A stretch of 64,000 bases of DNA from Chiloscyllium plagiosum (lineage: Eukaryota), in the NCBI RefSeq assembly GCF_004010195.1, contig NC_057755.1, positions 895,023 to 959,022 of the forward strand, read 5' to 3'. Below are positions 1-12,609 of the stretch, piece by piece (positions within the stretch are counted from its first letter, which is position 1; every line of letters starts with the position of its first letter). Below the pieces are notes generated by a model. It saw only the letters and a list, made by a program, of their open reading frames with translations. It did no database searches and had not been told where the DNA came from. Position numbers and translations under genes: made by a program.

Positions 1-789
1 CAAGAAATGTAAATGGAACTCTCTTATCCCAATCATCTGGATAATCCTGACCATTAGCTCCCAACATGTTTGACGCCATCTCTCTAGCGCTCCCTGTGAT
101 TCCTGATGGTAAGCAGTAAATTTGAATTGCTTTATTCCCAAATTATCCATAACCTCCTTGAATAGATTAGATGTGAAGTTTGATCCTTGATTTGACTGGA
201 TCTCTATTGGTAGTCCGTGTCTCATGAAAACTTTAAGTAATTCTTCAGCAGCCTTTTTAGCTGTGATGTTGCATAATGGATTGCCTCTGGAAATCTGTAT
301 CACAGGTTCGTTAGTGTAAAAAAAACTTATTTCCAATTTTTTTCTTCAGATCGGGGACCTACGCAATCATACATGACACTTGAGAAAGGTTCCTCAAATT
401 TGTGAATTAATATTAAAAGTCCAGGTTTTATTATTGCCTGTGATTTTCCAATTAGCTGACATGGATGACACATGCAGCAAAATTCAATTGCATATTTGTG
501 TAGTCCAGACGAGTAAGAATGTCGTTGTATTTTATCCTGCGTTTTTGTCACCCGAAAATGACCTCAACATTGTAGTTCATGCGCCAACTCGCATCACGTC
601 CATTCTATATTGTACTGACAAAACAATTTCATGAATATCTGCCCATTTCTCATCAGCTTGAATATGAGATGGTCTCTAATTTCTCATTAAGACAACATTT
701 GCTAAATCATAACACACTGGAATGGATTCACTCTCTATCTCTGTAAATGTCTTTTGATACAACTGTTTTAAGTTCTCTTCTTTCCACCA

Positions 790-1225
790 TGTTTTGAGAA
801 AATTTGTACTCAGGTTGTGGTTTTGGGTGTAAGTTTGCTCGCTGAACTGGAAGGTCCGTTTTCAGACGTTTCGTCACCATACTCGGTAACATCTTCAGTG
901 AGCCTCCGAATGAAGCACTGGTGGCGTAGCCCACTTTCCTTTTATATGTTTAGTTTCCTGAAGTTGGTGATGTGATATCCTGTGGTGACACCATTTCTTG
1001 TGATGATGTCATTTCTTGTTCTTTTTCTCTGGGGTTGGTAAATGGTATCTAAATCAAAGTAGTTATAGTTGGAATGCCATGCTTCCAGGCGTTATTGTAT
1101 GTGCCTCTGTTTGACTTGTCCTTGGACAGATGCGTTGTCCCGGTCGAAGTGGTTTCCTTCCTATTCTGTATGTAAGGATATTAGTGAGAGTGGGTTATGT
1201 CTTTTTGTGGCGAATTGATGTTCAT
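790..1225 (-). mobile_element. Penelope-like element 3' fragment (GIY-YIG C-terminus plus terminal repeat) inserted into the Gypsy pol
   Basis: Minus-strand translation EHQFATKRHNPLSLISLHT...GNHFDRDNASVQGQ...LEAWHS resembles the end of Penelope GIY-YIG ORFs. It interrupts the Gypsy frame between 'IKLEQKE' and 'KQLYQKTFTE'. Confidence 0.7.
862..901 (-). ncRNA. Minimal type I hammerhead ribozyme motif in a Penelope terminal repeat
   Basis: Minus-strand RNA: UCA-CUGAAGA-U-GUUACC-GAGUAU-GGUGAC-GAAA-C-GUC-UGA. Both core boxes are intact, stem II has 6 bp, stem I has 3 bp (UCA/UGA), stem III is the palindrome ACGU and the cleavage triplet is GUC. Confidence 0.75.
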
Positions 1226-4200
1226 TCTTTTTGCTCTAATTTGATAAGTTTAGCAGAGCTAACTATACTTGCATCTTTATCCAGTTGCTCCTGATCTCTC
1301 CAACTTATCTGATCAAAAGATGTCTTGGATATAGCTTTGTCAGCTTCCTTATCTGTGACTGTTGATCTCTCCTGCTTCAACTTGTGATTCTGTGATCTTG
1401 TGACCACATAATCAGGGAAAGTTCCTGAATATGCACCCTTCCATTCTTATGTTGCCCGAGTTTCCACTGACGTTTACACTAGAGTAGGTAGCATGCCTGC
1501 CTGTGAATCAGCTGCATCTTTTCAAGGACAAATTGTATTACTGGAGCTGAGAGTTTGTCCAGTACTCTTAAAACAAATTCTCCACTCTTCTCTGGATTTT
1601 TTAACCTTACTTTACATAATATAGGGTCTTTTTTCCGTCACCAATTAATCCCTGTTACCAGAACCTTTTCCAGCAATAGTCCCTCAAGAGTACATACCTC
1701 CTCATGCTTCAGCATCACAGCCTGAGAGGATCCTGTGTCGCTTAATGTTGTAAACTCTTTACGTGCTCCTCTTGGCCTATGTGAATAATCTTTACTGTTG
1801 CATGTATAGGTTTAATCAGATCTAGCACTTCCTCCTTAATAAACCTCTGACTATCTTGTGCATCCTGCTCCGGTTGTATACATTCACTTGTGATTTTTGT
1901 TACTAGTTCAACAAAACTCCCAGGATTGTCTGGTATTCCTACATCCGACTTTCTCCTATCCCGCCAAACTGTGATTTTTTTTTGGTCCACCTCATTATAA
2001 TGAAAACGCCAGAGCTTCTTTGTCTTCTTTGCACCCTCCACGCCCCCCCACACCAACGTGTCAAGGGTTTATATTTAGCCTGTGAAAAGTTATCCTTATA
2101 GTCTTCACTGAGATCTATCTTTCCATTTCCACGTGAGGGTTTCTCTTTGTCGCAATTTCATCCCTCATGGACTGAAATTGATTCTGGAAGTGAAACCGAG
2201 TTTTATGGATTAGCTCATGATAGTCAGCCACTTCAGCTGCTAACCTTGCTGTTTTAACTGTCTACTCTTCCACCTGAGTTCACATTGCTTCAGGCAGTGA
2301 ATGTTTGAATTCCTCCAAAATAATTTCCTTTCTTAGGCCATCATCAGGTTGCTCGATTTTTGAAGCTCTTATCCATCTATCTGAAATTACTCTGTTTGAT
2401 CATTTTAAGTTCAGTAAAGGTTGGACCAAGGTCCCTCCTTAGCTTCCTGAAACGTTGTCGATCGGCGTCTTGTACAAGCTCATATCCGCTTAAAATGGCT
2501 TTTTTCACCTCCTCATACTCCCCAGAAAGCTCCACTGATCGGAATGCGAATACATCATTAGCCCTACATACAACTTTCATTTGGATCAACGAAATACATG
2601 TTGCCACTGGCCACTGTATATGTTTAACCATTTTTTCAAATGAGATGAACAAAATGCTTCCACATGCTTCTCATCAAAATTTGGCAATGCTTGAACATAC
2701 TTAAACAATTTCTCACTATGCTTCTGACTACGATGGCCTTGCTCATCTTCACTGTCTTCCTCACTCAGCTTACCTTTAGCTTTATCTCCGATCTTCTAAG
2801 CTGTCATTCCTCTTTAATTGTTAGTTGTTGAAGTTCAATATCTCTTTTTCTTTCTCTCCTGCTGCTCTCTCTCCTCTCCCACTCTTCGGCTCCTCTCGAT
2901 TTTTCCCTCTCCTCTGTTTATAATAGTCACTCAAACTGTTTCATTTCTGAAGCCCTTTCCTTAGCTCTCACCTCTAATTCAACCCGCTTCATTTGCAACC
3001 GAATTCTTGCCATTTTTACAGATTCTGATGATTTCTCCTGCAAATCTACATGCTGAGCTACCGCTGTAATTATCTCTCCTTTCCTCAGAAGCAGGCAATT
3101 CCAATTCCCGTTTGGCTGCTAATTCCTGCAGCTTGGTCTAATTCACTTTTCACAAAACTTCTAAAGTCACCGCGACTAAAACTTTTGGCGACTGAAAGAG
3201 CCATTAGAATCCCGAACTTTGTCTAACAAACCAAAACAACTCCCGAAATAAAGGCACATACCACTCGCTGTTTAAATTAGGTTTTAAAACAGACAGAAAT
3301 TTATTTTAAAAATTACGTGATGAAACACAAAGAACAGATTAAAGAAATCCGACAGAGCTCAGTGAATCCAACCTGGATTTAATTAGAGTGTTCCGAATAT
3401 GCACAACAGTCCCAATAAGCAACCCCCCTTAAAACAGTTTTAAAAAATGGAACGGATGTTTTCAGGTTGAAGTTAGAAGGGCAGAGAGAGACAGAACTTG
3501 TTTCCACAAGGCTGAAATCCTAACTCGTTTCGCACTGAAGTACACAGCTGATGAGCGGACCAGTCCCCTTTCATTGTACCAGTCACTTCTAAAACATGAC
3601 CATTTTAGCTTGAAGTCTCATCTGTTTATATTTGATGTCTGAACAAAACCAGTGTAATCGGAACCGGAAGGCGTTTATTACTCCTCTGAAAAAAAAAGAA
3701 AAACGTAGTATCCTTGAGTAAAGGGACAGCTTTTAGAAAGGAAATGATCAGCTTTGTGACAGAATTGTTTTGTATTCTGTCCTTTACCGTTTCATTTAGA
3801 CTGATTTAGTTTCCTGTGCCGCCTTCATTCATGAATTTTGAATTGTTTTCTGCCTCCCTGTTTGCTCTTTCCAGGAGAACAGATGCCTTATACTGATTCA
3901 GCTGGAGTCTGTCCCCTCAGTATAGCTCCGTCCTGTCCCAGTACTAATGGCAGCATCCTTTGATAAGACATCATTTATTCCACGCCACTTTTGCCACGTG
4001 TTGCTTCTTCTGAACTCAGTGCCGCTGAGTTTCCATGGTCTTCTGCAATTGCCATTTCCTCCCCAGTTACCATGAAATCTTCCTTAACCTAACAGCGAAT
4101 AATGAACATACTCGACCAGACTTTCATGTGTAGCTATAGTGAATCCTCTTTATTGCTACATTCTATTCTGCTCTACTCTGTTTGACACCTGGTAGCATTG

Positions 4201-4671
4201 TCTGCATTTGTAACTATCCTTCCCATAGTTTTCCACCTTGACATCAGACAACCAGGAGTGAAATTACTGGCTGAGATTCTGAGCAAACCGGACTATATAA
4301 TGCAGCAACTCGGGCGAGTATCAGACTGTGTGCGATTGTTTCTAATATTTAATGGAAGGGAGAAAGTCCCGATGAATTGGTCAACATAGGTATCAATGTC
4401 ATTGGTCGAATTAAGTAAAACGTTAAGCATAGATAGTACGAGGATCCAGGCAGCAAATATAAACTGACTGTCAAAGTTTATAATCTGTAGAATGCTATCT
4501 GAACCACTTGCAAGTTGACATAGGATGCATAAAGTTGGAAAATACATTGTCAAGCAATTGGTGTAAGAGAAGTGTGTTTTGGTTCGTATGGCACTAAGAG
4601 AGTGAGAGTGAGAATGATACACTTCGGGTAGCCTGTACCAGAAAAGTCCTTTTGCAAACAGCCCATCTTGG

Positions 4672-4995
4672 GAATCATAGATTCCCAACAGTGTCGAAAC
4701 AGGCCATTTGGCCCAACAAGTCCACACTGAACCTCCAAAGAGTATAGCACCGAGACCAAATCCCTTACTCTATTGCTCTACAGTTCCCCTGACGAATGCA
4801 CGTCACTGAACACTGGGCAAATGAGGACGGCCAATTCACCTGGCCTGAAAGTCTTTGAACGGAAACTGGAGCATCAGAAGGACACACATGCAGGCATGGG
4901 GACAATGTGCAAACACCCATTGACAGTCGCACAAAGCTGGATTTGAACCCAGGTCCGTGAAGCTGTGAGGTAGCTGTGCTGACTGCTCAGTCACC
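4672..4995 (-). mobile_element. V-SINE (HE1-type tRNA-derived SINE)
   Basis: Minus strand has a tRNA-like head (cagctacctcacagcttcacggacctgggttcaaatccagc), a V-domain-like core (gtttgcacattgtccccatgcctgcatgtgtgtcc) and a CR1-type tail (ggcctgtttcgacactgttgggaatctatga). Confidence 0.75.
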
Positions 4996-5329
4996 TTGAT
5001 GGTAACAAGGAATGAGAGACGATTTTGAACTCAGTAAATGGTGCAAGGGATGAAAAATGGAAAGATGTAATTTGTCAAAAAAAAAAGAAACTTGAAAGGT
5101 AAACGAAAACATGAGAAATGAGAATCAGAGATTTGCCAGAAGGGTCGGAGAAGTAAAGGAAAGCTAGGAATACAGCAACCATCAAGCTTAACGTCACAAA
5201 TGAAACAAAGAGAAAAGTGACAGCTTCATGTCTTTCAAAACAAAGTAAAAAAATCCATAACACACGTTGAAATGAATCATTATGGCACGACGATTCTCAG
5301 AGGAAAGCAATATCTAATAGGAGTGGTCT

Positions 5330-6360
5330 GCAGGCCCCTTAATGATGAACACAGTGTAGGACAAGTTAGACAAGAAGAAATATTGGACCTTGTGACAGTG
5401 CAATCATTACTGACTTGAATCTATATATAGACAGTGCAAATCAACTTGGCAGTAGTGGCCTGGATGAGAAGTTATCGCTTACTTTTGAGAGAGTTTCTTC
5501 GAGCTGCATGTACTTGAACAATCAGGCAACAGGTTATACGTTTATCATCTTGTGGGAATTGTGTGATGTGACATCATTTGTCAAACAATCTCCGATTAAA
5601 GACACTCCGAGATAGCAGCAATAAAAATATGATTCAATTTTACATCAGGTTTGAAACAGAGAAGATTGGGCTGACGACAAATATTTTAATTTTAAATAAG
5701 GTGTGGGTATGAAAGTTAAGCCAGCTGAAGTGAATAACATGAGCAGCTCTGATATAGATTAATGGCGATAGTGGTGACATTTAAGAGCATCCTTCAGAAT
5801 TAATCTATTCCAACTAAAGGAATAAAGTTTAGAGGGAGGACTCCCTATCTGTGGTTAACTAAGGAAGTGAGAGATACCATTCAATTTGATGCAGTTGTAA
5901 AGATGAAGATACGTCAGATGATTGATCTGAAAATAAAGAACGGAACAGAATGATTCAAAGGTTAATCAGAAAGAGGGAGCTAGCATGTGAGAAGAAGCAA
6001 GCTTGAAATCTAAAAACAGAAAAGCAAGAGTTTCCACAGTTTTATGAACATAAAATCTGGACGTAAAGTAAATATCGGTCCTCAACAGACTGAGAATATC
6101 GAGTTAATGGTAGAAAATAAGGAAATGGCTAATGAGATGAACAAGTATTTTTCTTCTCTCTCACTGTCGAAGATAAAACAAAATCAGGAGGTGAGAGTGA
6201 GGAACGTAGTGAGATTACATTCTCTAAGGAGACCTTACTCAGGAAACTGATGACATGGGGGACTGACTAGTCTCCAGCTTCGGATGGACTTCATCGCAGG
6301 GTCTTGAAGGAAATTGCTAATGACGTTGGAGGTGTATTGGCATGAATTTACAAAATTAGC
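5330..6360 (+). mobile_element. Highly degenerate CR1-clade LINE ORF2 fragment
   Basis: ORF 6044-6250 (KVNIGPQQTENIELMVENKEMANEMNKYFSS), followed by a KSPxxDGLHxRVLKE-like sequence at ~6270-6310. Confidence 0.65.
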
Positions 6361-7516
6361 AAGATTCATAGAACATAGAGCAATAAAGCACAGAACAGGC
6401 CTTATGGTCCTCAATATTGCACCAAACGATGAACAAATCTAAGCCCATTCCCTACATTATTCCTTCATTATTCATATGCTTATCCAAGCACTGTTTAAAT
6501 GCCCCTAATTTGGCTGTGTTCACTGCACTGGCAGGCAGGCATTCGAAGCCCTTAGCACTCTTTGAGTAAAGAACCTGCCTCTGACATCGCTCTTAAATCT
6601 ATCACCCCTCGATTTGCAACTCTGCCCCCTCATACAAGCCGGCGTCATCATTCTAGGAATTAATACTCTCATTGCTCACCCAATTTAATCCTTTGGTCAT
6701 ATTGTATGTCTCTATTAAATCCCCTCTTCGCCTTATCTCCATGACAAATGACCCAAGTCCTTCAGCCTTTCCTCATAAGACGTTCGCTCCAGACCAGCCA
6801 ACATCCTGCGAACGCCCGTCTGCATCTTTTGCAATGTTTCCACATCCTTCCTGTAATAGGGCAATCAGAACTGTACACAATATTCCAAGTGAGGCCGCAC
6901 GAGTATTTTGTACAGTTGGAGCATGTCATGGCTCAGGAACTCAATCACTCTACCAATAAAAGCTAACACACCATATGCCTTCTTAACAGCACTATCAAGC
7001 TGGGTGGCAACTTTCAGTGATCTATTGCATGGGCACCAAGATCCCTGTGCACATCCACACTACCAAAAATCTTTCCATCGACCCAATATTCTGCCTTCCT
7101 GTTATTCTTCCCAAAATGAGGCATTTCGCATTTCTCTGCACCGAACTACATTTGCCACCTCTCAGCCCAATGCTGCAGTTTATCCAGATCCCCCTGCAAC
7201 CTGCAACATTTTTCCGCACGTTCCACCACTCCACCGACTTTAGTGTCATCTGCAAGCATACTAACCCATCCATCTATGCCTGTGTTCATTTTATGACAAA
7301 TAGGTACCCAAACAGAACCTTGTGGCACACCACTAGCATCTGGACTCCAGGCTGAATATTTCCCATCCACCAGCACTCGCTGACTTCTTACAGAATACCA
7401 ATTTCTAATCCAAAATGCTAAATCACCCTCAGTCTCATGCTTCTGCATTTTCTCCGAAAGTGCAACATGCGGGTCCTTATTAAAGGTTTTACTGAAGTCC
7501 ATGTACACCATATCAA

Positions 7517-7635
7517 CTGATGGCGGGTTTTTTTCCCGAAATGTCGATTTTCCTGTTCCTCGGATGCTGCCTGACCTGTTATACTTTTCCAGCACCACTC
7601 TAATCTGGACTCTGGTTTCCAGCATCTGCAGTTTT
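7517..7635 (+). repeat. Penelope-type terminal repeat fragment with degenerate hammerhead core
   Basis: ctgatggcgggtttttttcccgaaatgtcgattttcctgttcctcggatgctgcctgacctg...ccagcaccac...ccagcatctgcag; same family as the copies at 28167, 35283 and 50561. Confidence 0.65.
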
Positions 7636-7761
7636 TGTTTGTACCACGTCAGCTATCCTACCCCTACCACATGCTTAGTCAATTTCTCAAAAAACTCGAT
7701 GAAGTTTGTAAGACAAGACCTGCCATTGACGAAACTAAGTCGACTGTCTCCAATCAAATTG

Positions 7762-7853
7762 CTGAAAATGTGTTGCTGGAACAGCGCAGCAGGTCAGGCA
7801 GCATCCAGGGAACAGGAGAATCGATGTTTCGGGCATAAGCCCTTCTTCAGGAA
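7762..7853 (-). repeat. Penelope-type terminal repeat with hammerhead motif (duplicated at 10076-10167)
   Basis: Minus strand: cCTGAAGAagggcttatgcccGAAAcatcgattctcctgttccctggatgctgcctgacctgctgcgctgttccagcaacacattttcagc. Confidence 0.7.
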
Positions 7854-9239
7854 GATTATACGTCCTATCTGTTGTAATCCTTTCCAAACCTTTTCCAACA
7901 ATAGACGTAAGGATCAATGTTCTATAATTACCTGGGTCATCTCTGCTGTTCTGCTTGAACAAGGTCTTCAGTTACAAAACATTTAGAAAATGATAACTCA
8001 AAGATCAAGGCCAAAGGCTCGACCATCTCCTCCCTCGCTTCCCAGAGAATTCTCAGATAAATCTCAATCAACACAGGGGCTTATCTACTTTCACACCTTC
8101 GGAAATTGTTAACACCACTCCTTACTAACCTCAATCCTTTCAATTCCAATAGACCGTTTTTCTGTTTTCTCCTTTTCATCAGTGAAAACAGATGATATTT
8201 TTTCATTTAACCCCTCTCCGATCTCCACAGGCTCAACACACAACTTCCCACTTTTGTCTTTAGCTGGGCATATTCGTACCCTAGTCATCCTTTTAGTCCT
8301 CAAATATTGATAGAAAGTTTTAGGCCAACAGAGGACCTTTGAAGAAAGGCAATTCCTGTATCCAAGAATGGATGGAAGCAGGGAAGTACAGGGGGATCAA
8401 ACACAGATACAGTAAGTTCACAGCCTCCCCTTATCGAAAGCAGATGATAATCCTTCGATAAAGTCTGTTATATTGGTTAAACATTATGTTCCTTTAAAGA
8501 CGGAATGGCTGAGGAATTCTGAGGTGTTGAGCGATTTTAGTTTTTGAGTTACAGCTGCAGCATTTTCGTTAATTTGAAGGGAAACTATTCTTTATTACAA
8601 TTGGATTTGAACATAAAAGTAAAATTGCTCTGCTTCAGGTGTACAGGCCACGTGACATCACATCCTGGATACTGTGTATGGTTTTGTTTTCTGTTGTTGT
8701 AATGTAAATGACCACTGGAGACTGAGTACAAGATTGCAGTTGTTTTATTTAAACAATGCAGGGAGAGCATCACTAGTTCAACCAGAGTAAATCTCTGGAG
8801 AATATAGAAATATTCAGTGGTTTCATACCAGAAGCATCTATTCATGCTTCACACAAACAGAAGGAAAAATATATTTCAATTCCAGGTCATAGATGAATGA
8901 CATGCATGACTCTTTCACTCAGTCAAGGATCAGTTACACCATTACTGTTTTACAACATTTCTTACAAGTGTTCTTCATCTCCATCTGTCCAAACATCATC
9001 TGGCCCCAAAGCCTCTCTGCAATGATTTGATAACACAAACTATTGTTTATGAATTATTGCTCACACAAAACCCGAGGCTGCATTAGTTCATTTGGTGCAA
9101 GGTTGGTTAACTAAACCCTGCTCTTGAATTTTACTGTCATAACCTGTATTGAAAACTTACAGGCTCAATTCATTCTCACACCAGTCTCATTTAAAGATGG
9201 ATGTCAATGCATTCGAGGTAGCTTTGCATAACAGATTAA

Positions 9240-9690
9240 TACTTTGAACGAGTAGCTTATCTTAGGAAGATACGAGGCCTGGCTGGGTTTGTTTCCAATG
9301 AAGTTTAGATGGGTTTGTGGATAATTTGATCAAAGTGCCTAAAGACCTTCAGGGCCTTGCTGGGTTGGATAAGGAATGGATGGTGGTTCTTGTGGGTGAT
9401 TTTAGAATGAGGGGTCACTGCTTTAAAATTAGGGGTTAGCTTTTTAGGATAAAGATGAGGAGAACTTCGTTTTGAGAGTTGAGAGAAATTTGAACACTGT
9501 CCAAAAACGTGTTGGAGCTGGGGTTATTGAATATTGTAAAGTCACAGTTAGATAGTTTACTTTGGGTAATAAGAATCTAAGTTACTGAGGGTAGATGGAA
9601 ATGTAGAGTTCAAAATAAAAACTGATCATCTCCAAGCATATTAAATGGTGAAGCAATCTAAGTGAGCAAATGGGCTGCTCCTGCTGCTGC
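9240..9690 (+). mobile_element. Degenerate CR1 3' end (copied at ~11555-12005)
   Basis: ttagaatgaggggtcactgctttaaaattaggggttagctttttaggataaagatgaggagaac (RGHxxKI...R.N motif) and a CR1 3' UTR-like tail. Confidence 0.6.
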
Positions 9691-12354
9691 TACATGGTGA
9701 TGCTCAGAGCAGTGGGTGGGTGGAAGTGGTGTGTTCGATGGTATCTGCGGGGGTGGACGTGAAAGTGCATGTGGCCTTCGTCTTGTCTTCCGCAGCAACT
9801 GCGGCTCCAATTTATCTCTCTGACTGCTCCCGACTCCCCTGATGAAAGGCTTATGCCCGAATTGTTGATTCTCCTGTTACTTAGATGTTGCGTGACCTGC
9901 TGTGCTTTTCCACACCACCCTTTTTCTGGTTTCCAGCATCTGCAGTTTTTGTTTGTACCACGTCAGCTATCCTACCCCTACCACATGCTTAGTCAATTTC
10001 TCAAAAAACTCGATGAAGTTTGTAAGACAAGACCTGCCATTGACGAAACTAAGTCGACTGTCTCCAATCAAATTGCTGAAAATGTGTTGCTGGAACAGCG
10101 CAGCAGGTCAGGCAGCATCCAGGGAACAGGAGAATCGATGTTTCGGGCATAAGCCCTTCTTCAGGAAGATTATACGTCCTATCTGTTGTAATCCTTTCCA
10201 AACCTTTTCCAACAATAGACGTAAGGATCAATGTTCTATAATTACCTGGGTCATCTCTGCTGTTCTGCTTGAACAAGGTCTTCAGTTACAAAACATTTAG
10301 AAAATGATAACTCAAAGATCAAGGCCAAAGGCTCGACCATCTCCTCCCTCGCTTCCCAGAGAATTCTCAGATAAATCTCAATCAACACAGGGGCTTATCT
10401 ACTTTCACACCTTCGGAAATTGTTAACACCGCTCCTTACTAACATCAATCCTTTCAATTCCAATAGACCGTTTTTCTGTTTTCTCCTTTTCATCAGTGAA
10501 AACAGATGATTTTTTTTTCATTTAACCCCTCTCCGATCTCCACAGGATCAACACACAACTTCCCACTTTTGTCTTTGGCTGGACATATTCGTACCCTAGT
10601 CATCCTTTTAGTCCTCAAATATTGATAGAAAGCTTTAGGCCAACAGAGGACTATTGAAGAAAGGCAATTCCTGGATCCAAGAATGGATGGAAGCAGGAAA
10701 GTACAGGGGATCAAACACAGATACAGTAAGTTCACATCCTCCCCTTATCGAAAGCAGATGATGATCCTTCGATAAAGTCTGTTATATTGGTTAAACATTA
10801 TGTTCCTTTAAAGACGGAATGGCTGAGGAATTCTGAGGTGTTGAGTGATTTTAGTTTTTGAGTTACAGCTGCAGCATTTTCGTTAATTTGAAGGGAAACT
10901 ATCCTTTATTACAATTGGATTTGAACGTAAATGTAAAAATGCTATGCTTCGGTGTACAGGCTACGTGACATCGCATCCTGGATACTGTGTATAGTTTTGT
11001 TTTCTGTTGTTGTAATGTAAATGACCACTGGAGACTGAGTACAAGATTACAGTTGTTTTATTTAAACAATGCAGGGAGAGCATCACTAGTTCAACCAGAG
11101 TAAGTCTCTGGAGAATACAGAAATATTCAGTGGTTTTATACCAGAAGCATCTACTCATGCTTCACACAAACAGAAGGAAAAATATATTTCAATTCCAGGT
11201 CATAGATGAATGACATGCATGACTCTTTCACTCAGTCAAGGAGCAGTTACATCATTACTGTTTTACAACATTTCTTACCAGTGTTCTTCATCTCCATCTG
11301 TCCAAACATCTTCTGGCCCCAAAGCCTCTCTGCAATGATTTGATAACACAAACTATTGTTTATGAATTCCTGCTCACACAAAACCCGAGGCTGCATTAGT
11401 TCATTTGGTGCAAGGTTGGTTAACTAAACCCTGCTCTTTAATTTTACTGTCATAACCTGTATTGAAAACTTACAGGCTCAATTCATTCTCACACCAGTCT
11501 CATTTAAAGATGGATGTAAATGCATTCGAGGTGGCTTTGCATAACAGATTAATACTTTGAACGTGTAGCTTATCTTAGGAAGATGCGAAGCCTGGCTGGG
11601 TTTGTTTCCAATGAAGTTTAAATGGGTTTGTGGGTAATTTGATCAAAGTGCCTAAAGGCCTTCAGGGCCTTGCTGGGTTGGATAAGGAATGGATGGTGGT
11701 CCTTGTGGGTGATTTCAGAATGAGGGGTCACTGCTTTAAAATTAGGGGTTAGCTTTTTAGGATAAAGATGAGGATAACTTCGTTTTCAGAGTTGAGAGAA
11801 ATTTGAACACTCTCCAAAAACGTGTTGGAGCTGGGGTTATTGAATATTGTAAAGTCACAGTTAGATAGTTTACCTTGGGTAATAAGAATCTAAGTTACTG
11901 AGGGTGGATGGAAATGGAGAGTTCAAAATAAAAACTGATCATCTCCAATCATATTAAATGGTGAAGCAATCTAAGTGAGCAAATGGGCTGCTCCTGCTCC
12001 TGCTACATGGTGATGGTCAGAGCAGTGGGTGGGTGGAAGTGGTGTGTTCGATGGTATCTGCGGCAGTTTACGTGAAGGTGCATGTGGCCTTTGTCTTGTC
12101 TTCCGCAGCAACTGCGGCTCCCATTTATCTCTCTGACTGCTCCCCACTCCCCTGATGAAAGGCTTATGCCCGAATTGTTGATTATCCTGTTACTTAGATG
12201 TTGCGTGACCTGCTGTGCTTTTCCACACCACCCTTTTCCTCTCTGCTCTGGGTACGCCTGTCAATATGTGAGATCTGCGTCTCTAAATGTTTACATAATC
12301 ATTATTGTAATGTTAATAGTACAACCCTAACATTTTGTTCTCTATTTTTTTCTC

Positions 12355-12440
12355 TTACACACACACGCTTTCTGACTCTCTGATATGCGCCACCTCTCTC
12401 TCTCTATCTCTCTCTCTCTATCTGTCTCTCTCTCTCTCTC
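12355..12440. repeat. (CA)n/(CT)n microsatellite
   Basis: acacacacac followed by ctctctctctatctctctctc runs. Confidence 0.85.
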
Positions 12441-12609
12441 GGAGGAAAACCTCCCACAAATGGATAGAAAGAGGCAAGATGACTTATCCCACCACCTTCA
12501 AAACCCTCCTCCCACACCCTCCCCCTCTGCCTGTATCTCTCCCTACCCCCTCACCCACTCTGGCTTTCTCATGCACTCTTTTCCTCTCTCCCTGGCTCTC
12601 TTGCACACT

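Larger units (their letters stand above)
1..3761 (-). mobile_element. Degenerate Ty3/Gypsy LTR retrotransposon of the Gmr1-like type (5' LTR, gag with SCAN-like domain, protease, integrase); runs off the window's left edge
   Basis: Minus strand, in order: LTR-like segment starting TGTCACA at 3761; gag start MALSVAKSF (ATG at 3204); SCAN-like YEEVKKAILSGYELVQDADRQRFR (ORF 2377-2652); protease DTG (GAC ACA GGA, 1739-1731); integrase zinc-binding/core EFCCMCHPCQLIGKSQAIIKPG...EEPFSSVMYDCVGP (ORF 327-551) and FPEAIPLCNITAK...IQSNQGSNFTS (1-300). Many stops and frameshifts. Confidence 0.85.
6364..8330 (-). mobile_element. CR1-clade LINE 3' portion (RT and tail), interrupted by two Penelope-type termini
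   Basis: ORFs 7146-7625 (VDMVYMDFSKTFNKDPH...SGVPQGSV...LADDTKVGGVVE...LQGDLDKLQHWAERWQM), 7735-7962 (DDPGNYRTLILTSIVGK) and 8109-8303. CR1 tail ctatgttctatgaatct near 6364-6380. Confidence 0.85.
7612..12238. repeat. Tandem direct duplication, two units of about 2314 bp (~7612-9925 and ~9926-12238)
   Basis: Sequence at 7621 (agcatctgcagtttttgtttgtaccacg) recurs at 9935. The ORF track repeats with an offset of 2314 (7735 vs 10049) and similar offsets further on (8585 vs 10961 region; 9769 vs 12082). Confidence 0.95.

Noticed and set aside
3548..3575. CTGATGA boxes at ~3548, ~20676 and ~63478 as possible hammerhead or C/D-box motifs
   Set aside because: No stem II plus GAAA partner and no matching box or terminal stem; likely chance.
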